The notes below the pieces were generated by a model that was not told the origin of the DNA, searched no databases, and saw nothing but the letters and a program-made list of their open reading frames with translations. Of a DNA stretch of 64,000 bases, positions 59,808-64,000 are shown piece after piece (position 1 is the stretch's first letter; every line of letters begins with the position of its first letter). Made by a program: the position numbers and the translations under genes. The DNA is taken from assembly GCA_965203775.1 (NCBI GenBank), contig OZ241913.1, positions 2,192,015 to 2,256,014 of the forward strand, read 5' to 3'. The DNA is from Dehalococcoidia bacterium. Lineage in GTDB: Bacteria > Chloroflexota > Dehalococcoidia > Bin125.

Positions 59808-61580
59808 GTGAGGAGGGCGCGGATGCGCCGAACGCAAACTTGGGCGGCTGGAGCGCTGATCGCGCTCTTTGCCGTGCTCTTGGCCGCCTGCGGCGGCGAT
59901 GAGTCCGCGCCGTCGCAGTCCCAGAGCGGCGAGCGCGAAACGCGCCAGGAACAACAAAGCTCGTCCGCCGACGGCCAGCAGCGCGAAGAGCGCGGCCAGT
60001 CCGATCAGGCCGACGCCGACTCCGGACAGCAGGATGCGACGCCATCAAGCCGGCCCGCCTCGCAGCGCGCGCCCCGCTCCGACAACACCCTGCGCATCGC
60101 CCGCGATGAACCGCTCAACCTCGATCCCGCCCAGGTCACCGATGTCAGCTCCGCACGCTTCGTCGTTGAAATCTTCGGCGGACTGCTCACCCTCGACCAG
60201 GACCTGCGCATCGCGCCCGACCTCGCCGAGGCCGTGCCGGGGCCGACCCTCAACGCCGACGGCACCGTCACCTACCGCTTCACAATTCGCCGCGACGCCA
60301 GCTTCCACGACGGCAAGCGCATCTCCGCCGAAGACGTGAAATGGAGCTTCGAGCGCCACGCCGACCCCGAAACGCTCTCGCCCACCGCGCCCGACTTCCT
60401 CGGCGACATCGTCGGCGTGCGCGAGTACACCCGCGGCCGCGCCGACGAAATCGTCGGCCTCCAGGTGATCGACGAAGTCACCCTGGACATCACGATCGAC
60501 CAGGCCAAGCCCTACTTCCTCTACCTGCTCACCTTTCCCACCGCCTACGTCGTTGACCGCGAGCAGGTCGAGGCGGACCCCGAGCGCTGGGCCAACGCGC
60601 CCAACGGCAGCGGACCGTTCCGGCTGGCCAGCTGGACCTTCGGCGAAAGCATCGTGCTCGAGCGCTTCGACAACTACCACCTCACCCCGGCCGGCGTCGA
60701 GACCGTGCAGGTGCGCTTCGCCGGCGGCGGCCTCGAACAGTTTGAAAACGACGAGGTCGATATCGCCTTCGTCGGCATCAACGACGTCGAGCGCGTGCGC
60801 GACCCCGCCTCCGACCTCAACCCGCTCTACGTCACCCGCAACGAGCTCTCCACCTTCTACATCGCCTTCAACACCCAGGCGCCGCCCTTTGACGACCCGC
60901 AGGTGCGCCGCGCTCTTGCCCACGCGATCGACAAGCGCACGATCGTCGAGACCGTGCATCAGGACCTGACCCAGGTCGCCACCGGCATCGTCCCGCCGGG
61001 CATCGCCGCGCACGACCCGGACTACTTCGGCCTGCTCTTCGACCCCGAGCTGGCCAGCGAATTGCTCGCCGAATCGCGCTACTTCGGCACGCCGATCCTC
61101 GAATCGATCCGCCTGACCGTGTCCGGCACGGGCGCGACGCCGGGCGGCACCTTCGAGGCGATCCAGGAGATGTGGCGCATCCACCTCGGCCTCGAGGTCG
61201 AAATCCAGCAGGTCGAATTCGCCACCTTCATCGCCGAGCTGGACCGCGGCCTCTACCCCATGTTCAGCCTCGGCTGGAGCCTCGACTTCCCCGACCCCCA
61301 GAACATCCTCGACTACAAGTTCTACAGCCGCTCGCTGGGCAACGACGTCGCGCTCAACGATTCCGAGGTCGACGCGCTGCTCGAAGAGGCGCGAACCGAG
61401 TTCGACGCCGAGCGCCGAATCGAACTCTACCGCGATGTCGAGCGGCGGCTGGTCGGCGGCGCCGTCTGGATCCCGCTCTTCCACTCGCAGGCCCACGAAG
61501 TGGTCAAGCCCTGGGTCGACGGCTACCTCCCCACGCGGATGGTCATCCCCCAGCTACGGTATGTGCGGCTGACGCAGTAG
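59808..61580 (+). CDS. ABC transporter substrate-binding lipoprotein, family 5 (peptide/nickel, Opp/Dpp-type)
   Basis: Lipoprotein signal (LIALFAVLLAAC) + SBP_bac_5 pattern. Confidence 0.85.
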   Translation: MRRARMRRTQTWAAGALIALFAVLLAACGGDESAPSQSQSGERETRQEQQSSSADGQQREERGQSDQADADSGQQDATPSSRPASQRAPRSDNTLRIARDEPLNLDPAQVTDVSSARFVVEIFGGLLTLDQDLRIAPDLAEAVPGPTLNADGTVTYRFTIRRDASFHDGKRISAEDVKWSFERHADPETLSPTAPDFLGDIVGVREYTRGRADEIVGLQVIDEVTLDITIDQAKPYFLYLLTFPTAYVVDREQVEADPERWANAPNGSGPFRLASWTFGESIVLERFDNYHLTPAGVETVQVRFAGGGLEQFENDEVDIAFVGINDVERVRDPASDLNPLYVTRNELSTFYIAFNTQAPPFDDPQVRRALAHAIDKRTIVETVHQDLTQVATGIVPPGIAAHDPDYFGLLFDPELASELLAESRYFGTPILESIRLTVSGTGATPGGTFEAIQEMWRIHLGLEVEIQQVEFATFIAELDRGLYPMFSLGWSLDFPDPQNILDYKFYSRSLGNDVALNDSEVDALLEEARTEFDAERRIELYRDVERRLVGGAVWIPLFHSQAHEVVKPWVDGYLPTRMVIPQLRYVRLTQ

Positions 61581-61616
61581 TTCGGCGTCGGCGGGCGTCG
61601 GGAGCGTCATCGCGCG

Positions 61617-62606
61617 ATGGGCATTTCGGGAGCGATCCCCCTGCTGCTGCGCCGCCTCGCGCTGGTGCCGATACTCGTCTTCGCCGTGCTCGTCTTCACC
61701 TACGCGATCACCCAGATCGCACCCGGCGATCCCGTCCAGATCATCGCCGGCCAGCGCCAGATCGAGCCCGAGCAGGCCGAGCGAATCCGCGAAGAATTCG
61801 GACTCACCGGCAACTTCATCGAACGCTTCGGAAACTACCTTGTCGGCCTCGTTACCCGCGGCGACCTCGGCCCCTCCTACTACTACCGCTCGCCCACCCG
61901 CTCCGTCCAGGAACTGCTCGGCGAGCGCATCTGGGTCTCCGCCCAGATCAATCTGATCGTGATGACGATCGTGCTCGCGCTGGGCATTCCGCTCGGCGTC
62001 TACGCCGGCGTGAACCGCGGCCGCTGGAAAGACCCCGCGATCATCGGTGGCCTGAAAGTCTTCGACTCCATTCCCTCTCCGATCTTCATCATCCTCGTTG
62101 CGGTGGTGTTCGTCGAAGGCCTGGGCCCGCTCTTCGGCTTGCTGGGCTTCAACGTGCCGATCGTCTGGACGCCGGGCGATCCCGCCTCATACATCATCCC
62201 CGTGGTCGCGCTGAGCGTGCCCGCGCTCGGCGGCATGGCCCGCTTCGTCCGCGTCAGCCTGCTCACGACCATCGACGACGACTACGTCCGCACCGCCCAG
62301 GCGAAAGGTCTGACGGAACGGCGCGTGCTCTACGGCCACGTGCTGCGCAACGCGCTGCTCCCGCTCAGCACCACCATCGGCCTGTCGGTCGTCGGCGTGA
62401 TCGGCGGCTCGATCGTGATCGAGACGCGCTACGCCGTACCCGGCGTGGGCGCCTTCATGTTCACCTCAATCACGCAACGCGATTTCAATGTCGTGCTGGG
62501 CTTCACGATGCTCACCGCGACGCTCTTCATCGTCGTCAACGCGCTGGTTGATATGGCCTACGTCTTCATCGACCCGCGCATCCGCTACACGGCGCGCGCG
62601 GTATGA
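61617..62606 (+). CDS. ABC transporter permease (OppB/DppB-type)
   Basis: BPD_transp_1 with the EAA-like motif region. Six TM helices. Confidence 0.85.
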   Translation: MGISGAIPLLLRRLALVPILVFAVLVFTYAITQIAPGDPVQIIAGQRQIEPEQAERIREEFGLTGNFIERFGNYLVGLVTRGDLGPSYYYRSPTRSVQELLGERIWVSAQINLIVMTIVLALGIPLGVYAGVNRGRWKDPAIIGGLKVFDSIPSPIFIILVAVVFVEGLGPLFGLLGFNVPIVWTPGDPASYIIPVVALSVPALGGMARFVRVSLLTTIDDDYVRTAQAKGLTERRVLYGHVLRNALLPLSTTIGLSVVGVIGGSIVIETRYAVPGVGAFMFTSITQRDFNVVLGFTMLTATLFIVVNALVDMAYVFIDPRIRYTARAV

Positions 62607-63772
62607 GCGCGGCCACGGACGCCGCAGCGGACTGGGGCCGCCCCTCGCGCTCCGAAGCGCCCTGGCGGCGGGCGCTTCGCGCCCTGCTGCGCAAGCGAAT
62701 CGCCGTCGTCTGCATCGCCGTGATCGTGATCCTCTACGGCGCCGGGCTGTACACCGTACTCGACGTGTTCGGCGTCGAGACCGGTTTGCAAGACCCGAAC
62801 GCGGCCAACCTCACCGAGCGCCGCCCGATTCGCGTCGGCGACGACGGGCAAGCCGAAACCCTCGGCCAGTTCGCCCAGCGGCAAGATGTCGAGCTGGCCG
62901 CGCTCGCGGCGCTCAATCCGGAGCTCGTTGACGAAGTCGGAGCGCTCACGCCCGACACGACGCTGCGCCCCGGCACGCAGCTCGTGCTGCAAGAGGGAGA
63001 GGACTTGCAATGGCCCTCCACGAGCCACTGGTTCGGCACCGACCGTCTCGGGCGCGACCTCTTTTCGCGATCGCTCTTCTCGCTGCGCACAACGGTGATC
63101 GTCAGCATCCTCTCGGTGTTGGTGGGCAACATCGTGATTGGTTGGGGGCTCGGCCTGCTCGCCGGCTATCGCGGCGGCTTGGTCGACAGCGTGATCATGC
63201 GCGCCGCCGATTTCGTGCTCGCGCTGCCCGGCCTGGTCATCCTGATTGTCATCATGGCGGCCTTCCGCGAGCCCTGGAGCGATCTCCTGCGCAGCGTCGG
63301 CACCACCTGGGGCCGCGACTTCCTCGTCGCGCAGGGCGTTGACGACTTCTCCTTGATGATCTTCGCCATGTCCTTCTTCGGCTGGGGCGACACGGCGCGC
63401 TTTATCCGCGCCCAGACGCTGGCGATGCGCGAGTCCGATTTCGTGCTCGCCGCGGAGTCCATCGGCGCGCGAACCCCGCGCATCCTCGTCTGGCACCTCT
63501 TCCCCGGCGTGCTGCCCTGGATCGTGATCGGGCTGAGCGCCGCGCTCGGCGCGATCGCCGGCGCTGAAGTCGTGCTCACCTGGCTCGGCATCGGCATCCA
63601 GCCGCCCACCTCGTCGTTCGGCACGATGGTCGCAGCCGCCGGCGGCAGCTCGACATTCACCATGCATCCCTATCTGCTGCTCGTGCCCATGTTCTTCGTG
63701 CTGATCCTCATGCTCGCCTTCAACCTGCTCGGCGACGCCGTCAACGACGTGCTCAACCCGCGCGGCAGATGA
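62603..63772 (+). CDS. ABC transporter permease (OppC/DppC-type) with an extended N-terminal periplasmic segment containing a LysM-like stretch
   Basis: OppC_N + BPD_transp_1. 'ETLGQFAQRQDVELAALAALNPELV...LRPGTQLVL' resembles a LysM motif. 4-nt overlap with the upstream permease gene. Confidence 0.8.
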   Translation: MSAATDAAADWGRPSRSEAPWRRALRALLRKRIAVVCIAVIVILYGAGLYTVLDVFGVETGLQDPNAANLTERRPIRVGDDGQAETLGQFAQRQDVELAALAALNPELVDEVGALTPDTTLRPGTQLVLQEGEDLQWPSTSHWFGTDRLGRDLFSRSLFSLRTTVIVSILSVLVGNIVIGWGLGLLAGYRGGLVDSVIMRAADFVLALPGLVILIVIMAAFREPWSDLLRSVGTTWGRDFLVAQGVDDFSLMIFAMSFFGWGDTARFIRAQTLAMRESDFVLAAESIGARTPRILVWHLFPGVLPWIVIGLSAALGAIAGAEVVLTWLGIGIQPPTSSFGTMVAAAGGSSTFTMHPYLLLVPMFFVLILMLAFNLLGDAVNDVLNPRGR

Positions 63773-63861
63773 CCCCGCCCGCCTTCGTCAGGAGCGTTGC
63801 CAGGGGCGCTGATATGCTCGCAACAACGCGCGCCGGCGTCGTGTGAACGGGTTGTGAGCGA

Positions 63862-64000
63862 ATGAAGGTCACTGCGGAACGCATCCCCGAAGCTCAGGTC
63901 GTGCTCGACATCGAGCTGGACGACGAGCGCGTCGAGCGCTCGCTCAATCAGGCCGCGCGCCGCCTCTCGCAGCGCTACCGCATCCCCGGCTTCCGCAAAG
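63862..64000 (+). CDS. tig: Trigger factor, N-terminal fragment (continues beyond the window)
   Basis: 'MKVTAERIPEAQVVLDIELDDERVERSLNQAARRLSQRYRIPGFRK' matches the trigger-factor ribosome-binding domain signature (IPGFRKGK). Confidence 0.7.
   Translation, partial: MKVTAERIPEAQVVLDIELDDERVERSLNQAARRLSQRYRIPGFRK

Overview
High-GC (~70%) bacterial chromosomal segment with Chloroflexota- or Actinomycetota-like gene content (this organism assignment is a guess). It includes an F420-dependent LLM oxidoreductase, a cytochrome P450, SecDF-YajC, and an acs/acetate-CoA ligase pair. A housekeeping backbone is well supported: acs, secD/secF/yajC, cca, def, purE, leuS, scpA, ribF, tyrS, hemW, aspS, an Opp/Dpp-type ABC transporter, tig, and selB. 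Several accessory or defence-like insertions interrupt this backbone. (1) A DinG-family helicase with an N-terminal degenerate exonuclease domain is split by an in-frame TAG, followed by a HEPN/PaREP1-like protein plus Uma2 endonuclease pair. (2) A lower-GC GmrSD-like (DUF262+DUF1524) type IV restriction gene. (3) A three-gene operon of a tandem-duplicated excisionase-type HTH protein, a DUF4238 protein and a large secreted protein. (4) A ShosTA-like pair (PRTase + DprA-like) sits next to secF. (5) A Panacea/SocA-domain gene is broken by a perfect 65-bp tandem duplication. (6) A frameshifted IS30-family element and an IS5-family element with an A6G slippage site are present. The window is peppered with about nine clusters of a composite MITE-like repeat family. 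These contain hairpin-forming 'gtcattcctgcgcaggcaggaac' units and 'ccctcccc-ttcca-ggggagg' units, and their 'GTGTGAACA' termini match the IS5-family element's inverted repeats. Other notable items are two tandem paralogous tail-anchored coiled-coil protein genes created by a segmental duplication that copied the acs 3' end. Three secreted repeat proteins are present: two RCC1-type proteins and an M23 peptidase, of which the 50302..52341 RCC1 protein and the peptidase share a second repeat module. The peptidase's signal peptide is frame-disrupted at a C12 homopolymer tract. No rRNA, tRNA or CRISPR arrays were recognised.
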